This document shows positions 13,808-26,260 of a DNA stretch of 64,000 nt, piece after piece. Position 1 is the first letter of the stretch. Every line of letters begins with the position of its first letter. The stretch comes from Malacoraja senta (taxonomy: Eukaryota), in the NCBI GenBank assembly GCA_038087875.1, contig JAXLNO010000423.1, positions 1 to 64,000 of the forward strand. Reading direction: 5' to 3'. The position numbers and the translations under genes were made by a program. The notes beneath the pieces are model-generated. The model ran no database searches. It was given only the letters and a program-made list of their open reading frames with translations, and was not told the origin of the DNA.

Positions 13808-14106
13808 TGCTACATCACAGCGCCAGAGACCCAGATTATATCCTGACTACGGGTGCTGTCTGTACAGAGTTTGTATGTTTTCCCTGTGACCATGTGGGTT
13901 TTCTCCGGGAGCTCTGGTTTCTTCCTCACTCCAAAGACGTGCAGGTTTGTAGGTTAGTTGGCTTCTGTAAATTGTGCATAGTGTGCAGGATGGAACTCGT
14001 GTATGGTGATCGTTGGTCTGTGCAGACCCGGTTGGCTGAATGGCCTGTTCCCACCCTGCATCTCTAAACTAAGCTAAGCTAAACTAACCTAAACTAAACT
14101 AAACTA
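13808..14106 (+). mobile_element. V-SINE (HE1-like)
   Basis: cagcgccagagaccc..V-domain..(aaact)n tail. Confidence 0.8.
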
Positions 14107-14249
14107 ATGGAAAGCAATGAAACTTGAATCACTGAAATAAAAGATGAGTCTTGATCTTACTGTGGAGCAGGCATAATGGGCTGAATGGCCAGCCTTGCTA
14201 ATATTTCTTATATTCTTACTCCAACCACAGTAACTCAACCCTGCACCAA

Positions 14250-14762
14250 ATTCGGGTTTGGGAACAGCTCCATCCAAGACCGCAAGAAATTGCAGAGAGT
14301 TGCAGACATAGCCCAGATCATCACACAAACCAACCTCCCTTGCACTGACTCCATCTACACTTTACACTGTTTCAGCAAGGCCACCAGCATAATCAAGGAC
14401 CAGTCTCTCCCTGCTCACTCCCTCGTCTCCCCTCTCCCATCAGGCAAGAGGTACAGAAGTTTGAAAACAAATACCTCCAGATTCAGGGACAGTTTCTTCC
14501 AGCTGTTAACAGGCAACTGAACCGTTGTTTCATCAGCTAGAGGGTCACGAGAACTCCCATCTAACTCAATGGAGACTTTTGAACTATCCTTAATCAGATT
14601 TTATCAGACTTTCCATGCACTAAATGTTTTACCTCTATCATGTACTGTTCACTGTATATAGCTTGATCGTAATCATGTATAGTGTTTTCTTTGACTGGAT
14701 AGAATGCACAAGAAGTTTTTCACTGTACCTTGGTACACGTAACAATAGTAATAAAGCAAACT
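14250..14762 (+). mobile_element. Rex1/Babar LINE 3' fragment
   Basis: FGNSSIQDRKKLQRV..SIIKD..LPSGKRYRSL..SRFRDSFF, homologous to the ORF at 62876-63742; tail ttcactgtacc..gtaacaata. Confidence 0.85.
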
Positions 14763-15918
14763 AAAATTCAAGTTGTCAGGAGAATGTGGCAGATACCTTC
14801 ATCTATCATCACATCTCCAATTTCACCAAGTGGGTTAGAGTTTTAATTTATTTTCCACGGATCATAGGATCAGAAATGGGCGATTCAACTTGCCTAAGTC
14901 ATACCAAGTGCTAGAGTAATTCAGCGGGTCAGACAGTGATATTTCAGTTTGAGACCCTTCTTGCCTGTCCATGTCTTCCAGAGTTACTGCCTGACCCGTT
15001 GAGCATACCCCAGAACTCATGACCTCTTTTGTAAACCAACATCTGTAGCTCCTTGTGACGCCATACCAATTACTTCCCCACTTCACACAGGAAAAAGATG
15101 CTCTCATCCGGAGCTATTCAGGGCATCAGTCATTCTAAAGCTGCTTAAAACCACAGGAGCTTCTTTCTTATGGTATTATGACTGTTGTAATATCTGTGGC
15201 TTGGGACACTTCCTGGCTCTTGATCCTTTAATCCCATCGCTTAACGTCTAACAGTTTCAGTTTGGAAATTTTCAATTAGCCTACAGCTTCAGCAGTTCCT
15301 CAGGGAGGACAGAGTGCTCCTTCACATCACCTTTGAATGGATCTCACAGTTTATACCCATTCACCCTTGTTCTGCACTCCTGACAATGGTGAAATTAATC
15401 ACTATATATAGAGTTACAGAATCCTAAAAAGGTACAGTACAGAAGTGGGTCCTATCAGCCATCTCATCCATGACAAGCATGATGCCTGTATATATTTATA
15501 TTAATCCCATTTCCCTGCATTAGTCTTGTATCCCTCTACACCTACCCAATCCAAATGACCTGTCCTGTTCATGTGATATAACCAATGCTGCAATGGACTA
15601 AAAGCCATCCAGGCTCTTCGGTGTTGTACAACTCTGTGACTACGATCTACTCTCGCAGTTCAACACATTTAATCTCACAATCATTTCAACAAAGGCTACA
15701 CGCTGAACTCTCAAAAGTTGGATTACTATGGATAGGTACTAGATGGTCAGTGCAGATACGATGGGCACAGTGTGCCCGTGGGCCTGTCTCCATGACACAA
15801 TGGCACCATTTTAAGTTGATGAATATTGGCAGTAAACAAGCTGACGTTGCACACATTAGGCAGTTGTCCACCTCCTTTCTGCTCAACAGGTAATATTTTC
15901 ACTTGAAAAGCAGGTCAT

Positions 15919-16438
15919 ATGCGCCCACACCAACAATAAAAATGTGGACATCAAATATGTTGGAAACATTACATCTGGAAGAGATGAGATTCCTCTTAGC
16001 AGGGAAAGCAGACCAATTCCAAAAGACGTGGTCTACGTTTTTGGACCTATTACAAGCATGAGGTGCAATAGTAATTTAAAAAATAAATAAATAAAGAAAT
16101 GGTATCAGGACCTGGTAATGGGAGGTAAAACAATAAAACCAGACTTGGTTGGTGGTTCCCTTTCTGCGATTGTTCCTACTTTCTTTTTCTTTCTTTTCTA
16201 GGATCTACTTTCTTACTTTACTTCCTTCTCTAACTTCTTTTCTAAGGGGCTTTCTTTTCACAACACTCTCTTGCACCTCACGACTCTTGCGCAGTTTCTT
16301 TACTTTTCTTACTTCTATCTTTCTTTTAAAGCTTAAAAAAATGAAGCGGTATAAAGAATGTATTAAGATATAAGTGTTGTGTATTACTGTAATTTACCGT
16401 ATTTCTAATAAAAATAATTTGAAAAATTAAAAAAAAAA
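15919..16438 (+). mobile_element. Short 5'-truncated L1 (related subfamily) with 14-bp TSD
   Basis: Encodes MWTSNMLETLHLEEMRFLLAGK, followed by AATAAA and A-tail. TSD gaaaagcaggtcat at 15905-15918 and 16439-16452. Confidence 0.88.
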
Positions 16439-16518
16439 GAAAAGCAGGTCATGACAGTCAAATGGGCAGTGAATACAAATATTATTCATCTTCTTGGATC
16501 CTTAATCATTAGTATTGT

Positions 16519-16828
16519 TTTAGTTTAGTTTAGAGATACAGCGCGGAAAGAGGTCCTTCGGCCCACCGGTTCCGCGCCGACCAGTGTTCCCCGCACATTA
16601 ACACTATCCTACATCCACTAGGGACAATTTTTACATTTACCAAGCCAATTACCCTACAAACCTGTACGTCTTTGTAGTGTGGGAGGAAACCGAAGATCTC
16701 GGAGAAACCCCACGCAGATCACGGGGAGAACGTACAAACTCCGTACAGACAGAATCCGAAGTCGGGATCGAACCCGGGTCTCTGGCGCTGCATTCGCTGT
16801 AAGGCAGCAACTCTACCGCTGCGCCACC
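16519..16828 (-). mobile_element. V-SINE (HE1-like), CpG-rich and young-looking
   Basis: Full head ggtggcgcagcggtagagttgctg, gggttcgatccc, V-domain and tail. Confidence 0.85.
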
Positions 16829-17074
16829 GACCGTCAGATGGCATCAATGTTTTCCTGCACCTCAGTATACATCAGTTTATCTACATTGTGTCAATGTGTG
16901 GGTGCAAGTGAAATATTGAAGGGGATATAGCATCAATATTCAGTCTATTCTCAAATACAAAAAAATTCACAGATATTGTCAGTCTGAAATTTTAAAAAAG
17001 AACATGTTTGAACTTAATCATCAGGCCGGGCAGTATCTGAGAAAAAAAAGGTAATAATTCAGGCTGAAGAGCAG

Positions 17075-18550
17075 CCATCAGAACTTAGCCCATGATTAAG
17101 ATACACAGGATTCACAGTGAATTGATCGTATGAATTCAGAAATGGTTTATTCACACAAGACAGAGGGTTGTGGTGGAAGGCTGTTATTCCAGCTGTAGGA
17201 CTTGTGACCTGTGGTGTTCCGCAGGGATTTGCACTGGGACCTGTGTTGTGTGTGATGTATATACATGACTTGGATGTAAACATTAATGGGTTGGTCAGTA
17301 AATTTGCAGAAAACACCAAGATTGCTGGAGTTGCAGACAGTGAAGAAGGCTGTCAAAGTATGCAATGGGATATAGAACAACTGCAGGAATGGGAGGAGAA
17401 ATGGCTGATGGAATTTAATTCAAACAAATGTGAGTTGTTGCACTACATCCACTAGGGACAATTGTTACATCGAACGTAAGTGGAAAATGTACACTTAATA
17501 GCATGACCCTGAACAACATTGTTGTACAAAGAGATCTTGGAGTCCAAGTCCGTAACTCTCTGAAAGTGACAACAGAAGTAGACAAAGTGGTACAGAAGAA
17601 ATATGGTATGTTTGTCTTCATTAGTCAGGACATTGAGTTTAAGAGTCAGGAAGACATGATGCAGCATTAGTTAGGTTGCATTTAGAGCATTGCATGCAAT
17701 TCTGATCACTGCATTCCAGGAAGGATCTGAAGTCTTTGGAAAGGATATAGAGGAGATTACCAGAATGCTGCTTGTACTAGGTGATATTACCTACAAGGAA
17801 AGGTTGGACAAACTTGGATTATTTTCTCAATCAAAGACTGGACAAGGGGTCGGCAACCTTCGGCCCCCGACCCGAATGCGGCCCGTAACCCGAAATCATC
17901 CGGCCCGCAGGCGGATTTTCCCCCCCCGTAATCATCCGGCCCGCCGGGCGCCCCGAGCAGCAGCCGGGCGGCGAGCTCTGTCTGTACCGCATCCTGCACA
18001 CCTTCTGTGAACACGTTTAAGAAAGAACTCCAATGCTGGAAAAATCAAAGGTAGACAAAAATGCTGGAGAAATCAGCGGGTGAGACATGCAAGGATTGCA
18101 TGAGGCTGCCTCACCCGCTGAGTTTCTCCAGCATTTTTGTCTACCTTCTGTGAACACATGATTTGATGCCTGCCATCCGGGGCGGGATCTATGTGTACAC
18201 GTGATAGATGTGGCCCACCATCCGCTCACAGACATGGGTCCCGGCCCCTATGCAGAACAAGGTTGCCGACCTCTGGACTAGAGGATGAAACTTGAAGGTG
18301 AGAATGGCAACGTTTAAAGGAGATGAGTGGCTACAATTATTTTTTATCATAGGGTGGTGAGTGCCTGGAATGCGCTGCCAGGGATGGTGGTGGAGGCAGA
18401 TACGATAATGTCTTTTCAGAGGCTTTTAGAAAGGGTCATGCATATGCAGAGAATGGAGGGATGTGAATCACGTGCTGAGAGATGAGATTTGTTTTTCTTG
18501 GCACATGTTCAGCACAGACATTGTGGGCCGCAAGGCCTGTTCTATTCTAC
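17075..18550 (+). mobile_element. Degenerate CR1 RT region interrupted by a hAT MITE
   Basis: GVPQG..LGP....YIHDLD..SKFA..TK..W.MEFN..KC at 17168-17455; the 3' part resumes after 18283. Confidence 0.8.
17844..18275. mobile_element. hAT (Charlie-like) non-autonomous MITE
   Basis: TIRs aaggggtcggcaacctt / aaggttgccgacctctg, subterminal cggccc motifs, degenerate 8-bp TSD gactggac / gactagag. Confidence 0.8.
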
Positions 18551-19010
18551 ACTTGAACAGGCTGTAAATTATATCCGTACTTGACTTTTTCTTCTCTCGT
18601 AGATTTACATGTTTATCTCTTTAGCAACCATTTATCTAATTCCCTTAAAGAAGTTATTATTGAATGTACTTCCATTAAACTTTCAGGCAATGCATTTGAG
18701 AAAACACTGCAGCACACAGGACAAATATAATTCTTCTTATCTCACAACTAAAAATAGAAAGTGATAACCTTGCATTGGAACACAAAGGTTCAGTGACCTG
18801 AAATTAAGTCTGGAGTGCAAACTTCAGCATTGCAACTGGGAGATTGTCAGAACCCAAAGCATTCTACAGAGACATATTCATTTCTTACAAAACCCTTGTC
18901 CCATTTATTAACCAATTTTCAGTATTTTGGAGCTAAAAAAAGCAACGCTGAACAGGTAACTGAAAGCCACAGAGATATGGCTGGAGCCTGCTCATGAAAG
19001 GAGAAAGAAG

Positions 19011-19270
19011 CGGCACTATGTCGCCGCTGGAGAGTTGCTGCCTTACAGCCTCAGAGACTGGGGTTTGATGCTAACTACGCCTACTGAGTGTACGGGGTTT
19101 GTACATTCTCCCTGTGACCGCGTAGGTTTTCTTCTTCCATCCCACCCTCCAAAGATGTGCAGGATTGTAGGTTTATTGCCTTTGGTAAGGTTGTAAATTA
19201 TCTCTAGTGTGTAGGATAGTGCTAGAATTCGGGGTGATCACTGGTCGGCACGGACTGTATCACTAAAGTA
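19011..19270 (+). mobile_element. V-SINE (HE1-like)
   Basis: Head and V-domain similarity to the other copies. Confidence 0.75.
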
Positions 19271-22200
19271 ATGTACTAAAGCCAGTACATGTAGACTTTT
19301 GATTGCTCCAGTGAAACCCTGTGCACATCAAAGGTGCCAATTAAAAAGCAACAAACTGCTGAAACAATATTTCTGGTTCTCTGCAGGTGCTGTCTGCCCT
19401 TTTTAATTTCAGATATTCAGCATCTGCTGTGCTTTGCTTCTTCCTTTCTTCCTGTCTGTTGTGTTTAAGCTCTCTATGCAGTTTCACAAATGCAATCTCT
19501 TTTGAGCTAGGAAAATAATGCTGAATGGATAAATATAAGCCATCAAGAGTGGAGCCTGGTTAATAAAATGAAAGCGAAGCAAACTACCTCACCTTATTCT
19601 CATAACGGCACATTCGACCCAATAGGTCCATGCTGGCTCTCAGGGGAGTTTGAAGCTTCTGTCATAAATTATATCATGTAGGGATAGGGTATCATTAAAG
19701 ACATTACAAAGTGGAGACACAAGACTGTAGATGATGGGATCTTGAGCAAACAATAAACTGCTGAAGGAACTCAATGGGTCAGGCAGCATCTGTAAAGGGA
19801 AATGGACAGTTGACGTTTTGAGTCAAGATCCATCTTCAAGACTAGAGTAGAGGCAAGATAAATTAGGCCGTTTTCTGGCTATTTTTCAGACATGGCTGTA
19901 GTATCCAGTCTTAAACACATTGGAAATAATTCTGTCAATTTGTATCCACAGATAAAGCACTTGCTAATAAATCCAGCACTTGACGCATTGGCAATGCTTT
20001 TAATTGATATCCATTTAACAGCTCACTGTGTATTTTATTTTAAATACAGCTTTTACCCAGTGATAGGAATAAGAACCACTTCAATCTAAGAGAGATCTTT
20101 GCTGGAAGATGGATTGTTCTCTTCAGGGCAGGGAAGGTTAAGTGGAGATTTAATAGTGGTGTTCAAATTGATGAAGAGTCTTGATAGAGTGAATAAAGAG
20201 AAAATGTTTGCACTAGCAGGAGGGTTGGTAACCACAGGCTCAGGTTTAAGGTAATTGGCAGAAAATCCAGCAGGGACCTGAGGAGAATTTATTTTTTCCA
20301 CAATGAGCTGTTAAGATCTGATTTCATGGCAGAAACAGGTTCAGTTCAAGAGAGAACAAATTATACACTTGAAATGGAAACATTCTCCTGACTATAGGGA
20401 AAGGGCAGAGATGTAGAAATAACCGTCAACTCTTTCAAAGGGGAAATGTATATGGTTAAATGACTTCTCTTTGGAAGCCACGTGCTACCATTCTTTAACA
20501 CAGGGGAACACTGCTGTTCTTCATTATGAGGGACTTAAAGCAGGGCTGCCAACATTGGATGAGAGTTGGGAGTGAGAAATTGCGAGAGATCAAGCCCGAG
20601 CGAGCGTAGCGACCGAGGGGGGGGGGGGTAGATTGTTGGAGGGGTGTATCCCCCCTTCCCATTGATACAGAGCTTTTGCATTTTTCAGCTTGAAATTGTG
20701 CAATCTGGTGCATACTGTAGCGAGTCTTTTAACTTACACTTGAATGCAATATATATGCTTTAAATTGGATTAGCTATGAATAAGGTTAGGCTAAATTACC
20801 TTCCTAATTACATTCCACAGTAGAGCCAGGCTCTGATCAACAGGTGCAGCAGATGAATGATCTTAGTATATTCATGTATGGAAATCAGATTATAATCAAA
20901 CACTTGGCCCATGTTGACCAACCTGGGTCTCACTGCACACCTGGTACTACTCCTGACCCTGACTCCAGTCGCATACCTTCTCTCATTCCTGACCCTGAAT
21001 CCAGCCTTACCCCTGGCCCCCTTTACTACCCTGATCATAGCTGCTTACCTGCTTAGGTTCCCAGTGCTGAACACTCCCCTGGTCCCAGCTTTGAATGCAC
21101 ACCTAGTACTATTCCAGACCTTGACTCTGGATGCACACTTGGCCTTGCTCCTAGCCCCACTGCACTGACAATATATCTGGCCCACACATAAAGCCCCATA
21201 TCTGACCCCCTGGACTTAACCTATTACGTTCAGGTCCACAGGTGCTTATCTAATGCGGTAATCGTTTATGGGGCATTTCACAAAATTTGCCACACCCATT
21301 GGCTTCCTTGTTATCTAACATGCTAGTTACTTTGTCAAAGAAGTCATCAATTGATTGAACACAATTTCTCATCCATAAAATTATACTCACTCAGTTGTAT
21401 AAGTATTCTGTTACAATTTACTTTATTTTCCTAACAAACTGTCCTGAAATCATTTTCCCCCTCAATATTTTCAGTATTTTGCTGTCTTCCTCTCTGTTGG
21501 GACTTTTCCGAAATGCAAAGTCCAATAACTATATATTTAAGCAATATTATTCTATTAAATGTGATCTTGGGAGTACATAATATTTCTGTGGTATTGATAA
21601 TGCAATGATAAAAATATCTTGGTTTATATTGCACCTACCAACATGCATACATTATTAGATTACAGTTAATATGTACCGAGAGCAAATTTTTGTTCCATTG
21701 CTCTCCATTCCCAATTACTTTTACATTGAAGTGATTGAAATCCAAGTGAAGTTTAAATGGCATCAGAAAAATAAAACCTCCGGAATGGATGATATTCAAT
21801 ATGTGGTTGGCTGGAGTCAGTATCAGCACAATTACTATATTAAACTTTGAATCTTCAGATGTCCTCGTGCAAGCTAAAACTAGAGACAAATAATAACCTC
21901 CTCACACATTCCACAGCAAGTATCTCTGTCACTCCTTTATAATATGCCCCTTCTTTGAACAAGCTCTTAAACATCGCATCTGAATCAGTTTCCATCTGAT
22001 TACACTCCTTGAGGATGTTCATCTATGTGTTCAATTAATAAAACAACAAGATTAGGGACATTTCTATTCAACCTGTCAAAGGAATTTGAGGGGGGGTTTA
22101 GAAATAGTCAGTGAGGTAAACAAACATAATAGTTGAGTGGCAAATGACAATAGTACTACCTGCCCAATATTTAACTGAAGGAATTAATGGGATATCAGGA

Positions 22201-22679
22201 CTGTAGGTTGTGATAGACAGTTTGACACCTTGCATGTCATTTTTAATTTTACACTTATCCCATCCTCCAGGATATTCCGGATTAGTAAATTAAGATTTTG
22301 TCAACTAATTACAAATCAGGCTAATTACATATCAATAACATTAGTCAACTACGAAACAGGAAGCGCTGACCATTGAGATCCAGACATCACGGACAACTGG
22401 CCTCAGTTCCCCGCTCACATCTGGCAGTGTTCTCTGTCTGAACCAGAGGCCACGGAGCGTTTTTGAAAGTGGGGGGGGGCGCTGAGCGTCACTGATCATT
22501 AGCCTTGGGGGTACCCATGAAGAAGTGGAGCAACCGAGCGGGGAGAGGGTGTGGGAGGGGGGATACCCCCTCCCACGGTAGGGACTTTTTGAAATTTAAT
22601 GAACTATAATCATGTTTTAGTGCATTATAGAAGTATGATTTCAATGTTTTTTGTTTGTAGTATTTTTAAGAGGTAACTT

Positions 22680-23325
22680 TTTAAGGGGTAACTTTTTCCA
22701 CACAAAGGATGGTGGGTGTATGGAACAAGCTGCCAGAGGAGGTAGTTGAGGCAGGGACTATCCCAACGTTTAAGAAACAGTTAGACTGATACATGGATAG
22801 GACAGGTTTGGAGGGATATGGACCAAAAGCAGGTTGTGTAGCTGGGACATGTTGGCGGGTGTGGGCAAGTTGGGCCAAAGGGCCTGTTTTCACACTGTAT
22901 CACTCTATGACTACATTATACCTCCACCATGCATGAATGCTTCAAAATCAAGTGGTTGAGTTTTATTGCCATATACTCAAGAATGGAAACATAGAAAATA
23001 GGTGCAGGAATAGGCCATTCGGCCCTTCGAGCCAGCACTGCCATTCAATATGATCATGGCTTTTCAACTAAACTCAGTACCTCTTTCCTGTTTTTTCCCC
23101 ATATCCCTCGATTTCGCTAGCCCCAAGAGCTAAATGTAACTCTCTTGAAAACATCTAGTGAATTGACCTCCACTGCCTTCTGTGGCAGAGAATTCCACAG
23201 ATTCACAACTCTTTGCATGAAGAAAGTTTGTCCTCATCTCAGTCCTAAATGGCCTACCCTTTATTCTTAAACTGTGATCCCCTGGTTATGAACTCCCCCA
23301 ACATTGGGAACATTTTTCCTGCAGT
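22680..23325. mobile_element. Two CR1-type 3' fragments (22680-22912 +, 22986-23325 -) nested in the TIR element
   Basis: Typical CR1 3' sequences and tails (tgacta; tttctatgtttc on minus). Confidence 0.75.
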
Positions 23326-23428
23326 TACAGTAAGTGAAAATCTAGCAGGCAAGCAGGATGCTTTCTCCAACCACCCCCATTGGAAGGCTACTATCTTCCA
23401 CCGTTTCTATCCAGTGCTTGGTACTTAC

Positions 23429-23584
23429 TTCCAGCTGCCACTGGTAGTCCTCCAGGATGCACCGAGCCGCAGCCTGGTCCATGCCGGTCACCTGGGCGAA
23501 TTCGGCGCTGAGTCTCTCATGCCAGCGGCGCAACGCTTCCGACGCCTCCGACGGCCCGGGACTCTTGCACTGAGGCTGCTCCAT
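23429..23584 (-). pseudogene. TDP2: Isolated first coding exon encoding an N-terminal UBA-like domain, most similar to TDP2 (tyrosyl-DNA phosphodiesterase 2) exon 1
   Basis: Kozak gccATGg, then 52 codons MEQPQ...RLSAEFAQVTGMDQAAARCILEDYQWQLE, ending at a phase-0 donor GAA/gtaagt. Resembles recalled TDP2 RLLCVEFASVASCDAAVAQCFLAENDWEME; NSFL1C-type UBA is a less likely alternative. CpG-rich. No downstream exons recognised. Confidence 0.68.
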
Positions 23585-24901
23585 GGCCGGAGTGCAAACC
23601 TCCGACGGCCGTGTGGCTTGCACTGAGGCTGCTCCATGGCCGGAGCTGCAGCAAACACTCGCCAGCCCGGCAAACACTCACCAACCCCGGCTCCCCATCC
23701 GCTTCCATCTCCGCTGCTGCTTGTGCTTCCATCCCTCCCTCAGCTCCGGTTCTCTAACACCCGCGGCCCATGCAGTTGATATGCATTGTAAAATTTTCGT
23801 TGATCACAGAATTTCTCACGACAGAGCGTGAGAAATTTGTGATCAGCGTCAGAGCGTGAGAATATGTCGAAATGCGTGATTCTCACGCTCAATGCGCGAG
23901 TTGGCAGCCCTGCTTAAAGGCTGTTGTGGACATCATCAGAGGAGGCTCTTGGAAGTCTTATTCTCCCTGCCGAGTGGAAATGGAGTGGAGCAATATTTGA
24001 AATGGCATGGATCCATTTCCATTTTTTTTTCCCCCACTAATACCCTGATTTTGGCAGGAAAGTCTAGGCATCTGTCACATTATCAAGCTTGGGTCCTATA
24101 AAGCTAAAGCATTTGTAATTTCACTTTAACCAGAGGAAGAGGCAGCTGCCCTTGTTACTCACCCGCTACCAATGACTTATTGGCTCTGAGCTGAACACCC
24201 ATGGTCGACAGCAAGCCCAGCAGCCATGTTTTAAAGAGGCCTGGGAAATAATACAGTGCAACCTGTAACTCAGGCCAACAATTGCACACGGCCCTAATTC
24301 TTCCCAACCCTGAAAACCTGCTTCCAATTAAAATTGACCAAATTATCACTGAATATGAAGCATGTTCAGTAAAAATAATTTAATATTTTGCATTAAATTT
24401 TGGGTGAAATTTAATTGGTAGGTTTTAGATTGTTTTTTGTTCAGAAAAAGTTAATGAAGATTTACTAGTTTTCATTCCCACCCTGTAGGAGAAGAGAGTT
24501 ATAAAGGATTGTATCTTTGCTCCCACCATTTGTTGCATAACAATCTCTGTTGTAAATTCAGCAACCATTGGTTAACAGCATAAGACAGGAATCAGCAAAT
24601 ACAACAAAGTTATCTATCTTCATACACTATCCTTCATAATCACTGAGCTGTCCGAAGAGCCGTTAATCTGTTTATGCCACAATCCTTAGATTGCAGAAAA
24701 TATGTCTTTGGGCACCATGAATCTAGTTTCTTAGATTCAAAGAGACATAGAGGCACACAGCACATAAATAAATCCTTCCACCCACTATGTCCTGTTGACT
24801 ATTCAATCCCATCAAATGTAGTCTTGTTTCCAGTACCTTGGGTTCGTAGTTTTCCCAGCCTTGGTAATTCAAGTGCTCACCAAGATACTATTTAAATGTT
24901 A

Positions 24902-25560
24902 TTAGACCATGTGCAGACCCATTGGGTCTGCTCCTCCAATGCAGTATTCCATCACTCACCCGTTCCCCCATGCAACCCGTACCCCCAAAGCAATATTCCA
25001 CCACTCACGCATAGCCCTCAACTGCATAGGCGCGGTTCACTTCCCCTCATCCCCAGCACTCCCTCCCGCTCCCTCTTCTTTCCCCTCTCCCCTCCACCTT
25101 CGCCAATCCTCACCTCCCCATATCCCCCCCACCATCCCTCCTCACCTCCCCCACTGCCCTCCACTCCCTTTATTCCCCACTCCCTACCTTCCCCACTCCC
25201 CCCCCTCTATTCCCCTTCCCTCCCCCACCAGACATGAGATAGGAAAAAACTGAAGAGGAAGAGATAGATTTCTCCATGGATTTTGAAATTCAGCAAGGCA
25301 CCACGGCCGCTGCAAGGCCCCACCGCCGCCGCCGCTCCATCGCCACGAGGCCCCACCGCTGCCGTGGCCCCATCGTCGCAAGGCCTCACCGCCGCGGTCT
25401 CGATGCCTCCTAGATCGCCGCGTAGAACCCCGGCCGGGGCCTCGTGGGTAGGAGCCTGGGTCGGACGAAGCGGCTGACGGCGCCCACTGCTGCACAACCC
25501 AGCAATATACAGAGAGCAGCCAGTGGAGGAAGAAGAGGGGCACAGAGACGCACAGCCTCA
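24902..25560 (-). mobile_element. Probable non-autonomous Helitron 3' end (5' boundary uncertain)
   Basis: attagaccatgt-gcagaccc att gggtctgc..ccaatgcagtattcc is homologous to the Helitron terminus at 27818 (actagactaagt-gggaccc gtt gggtccc..ccaatgcaatattcc). Confidence 0.55.
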
Positions 25561-25842
25561 GGTAGAGTCTGAGGTGCAGTAGGAGTATGGGGTCTGGGGG
25601 AAGAAGGTGGCTACCGCGGGAATTGTTCTGCCAGCATCTAGAGCCTCACTCCCCAGCCGAGTGGGCAGGGAAGCATCATCAACGTTAGCTGCAAAGGGCT
25701 CTCCAATAAAGACCCCAGTGCAAACCAAGTGACCCTTCCACACTCCAATCACCACCAACACCAATCTTCCGCCCGAGGACTCCAATGGTCCATGAACTGT
25801 CCTCTAATTTTGCTTTGAATGTCTGTCTATTGACAGACAAGA

Positions 25843-26260
25843 TAGACACAAAATGCTGGAGTAACTCAGTGGGACAGGCAACATCTCTGTAGAGAAGGAA
25901 TGGGTGATGTTTCGGTTCGAGACCCTTCTTCAGAATGAAAGTCAGGGGAGAGGGAGACATAGAGATATGGAATGTTAAGGTGTGAAAACACAGGTCAAAG
26001 GGGTCGATGATCAAGGAAACGTAGAATGGTACGTTGTTAGCTGAGGGGAACGTGACAATGAGGCATACAAACAGTAAAATTTAATCAGGGGGACAATGAA
26101 ACTAGTTGGAGAACTAGGATGAGGGAGAGACAGAGAGAGATGGAAAGCAAGCGTTACTTGAAGTTAGAGAAATCAATATTCATACCATTGGGTTGTAAGC
26201 TGCCCAAGCGAAATATGAGGAGTTGTTCCTCCAATATGCATTGGGCCTCACTCTGACAGA
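25843..26260 (-). mobile_element. Penelope-like element remnant (GIY-YIG C-terminus plus pLTR)
   Basis: Minus strand of 26160-26259 reads CQSEAQCILEEQLLIFRLGSLQPNGMNIDFSNF, followed by a pLTR with a hammerhead-like core. Confidence 0.8.
25903..25933 (-). ncRNA. Minimal hammerhead-ribozyme-like motif (PLE type)
   Basis: CTGAAGA-agggtctcgaacc-GAAAC-atc. Confidence 0.5.

Larger units (their letters stand above)
20541..23912. mobile_element. Non-autonomous TIR DNA transposon (3372 bp) carrying captured host-like sequence
   Basis: Perfect 13-bp TIRs cagggctgccaac (20541-20553) and gttggcagccctg (23900-23912). Flanking 7-bp duplication cttaaag (20534-20540, 23913-23919). gtgagaa/ttctcac subterminal motifs at both ends. 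No transposase ORF. Confidence 0.8.

Noticed and set aside
16740..16828. tRNA gene
   Set aside because: A/B-box similarity is the head of a V-SINE; it continues into SINE body and tail.
18600..22440. Downstream TDP2 exons (RALNS.., WNIDGLD motifs)
   Set aside because: Searched by eye on the minus strand and not found; short exons could have been missed without alignment.
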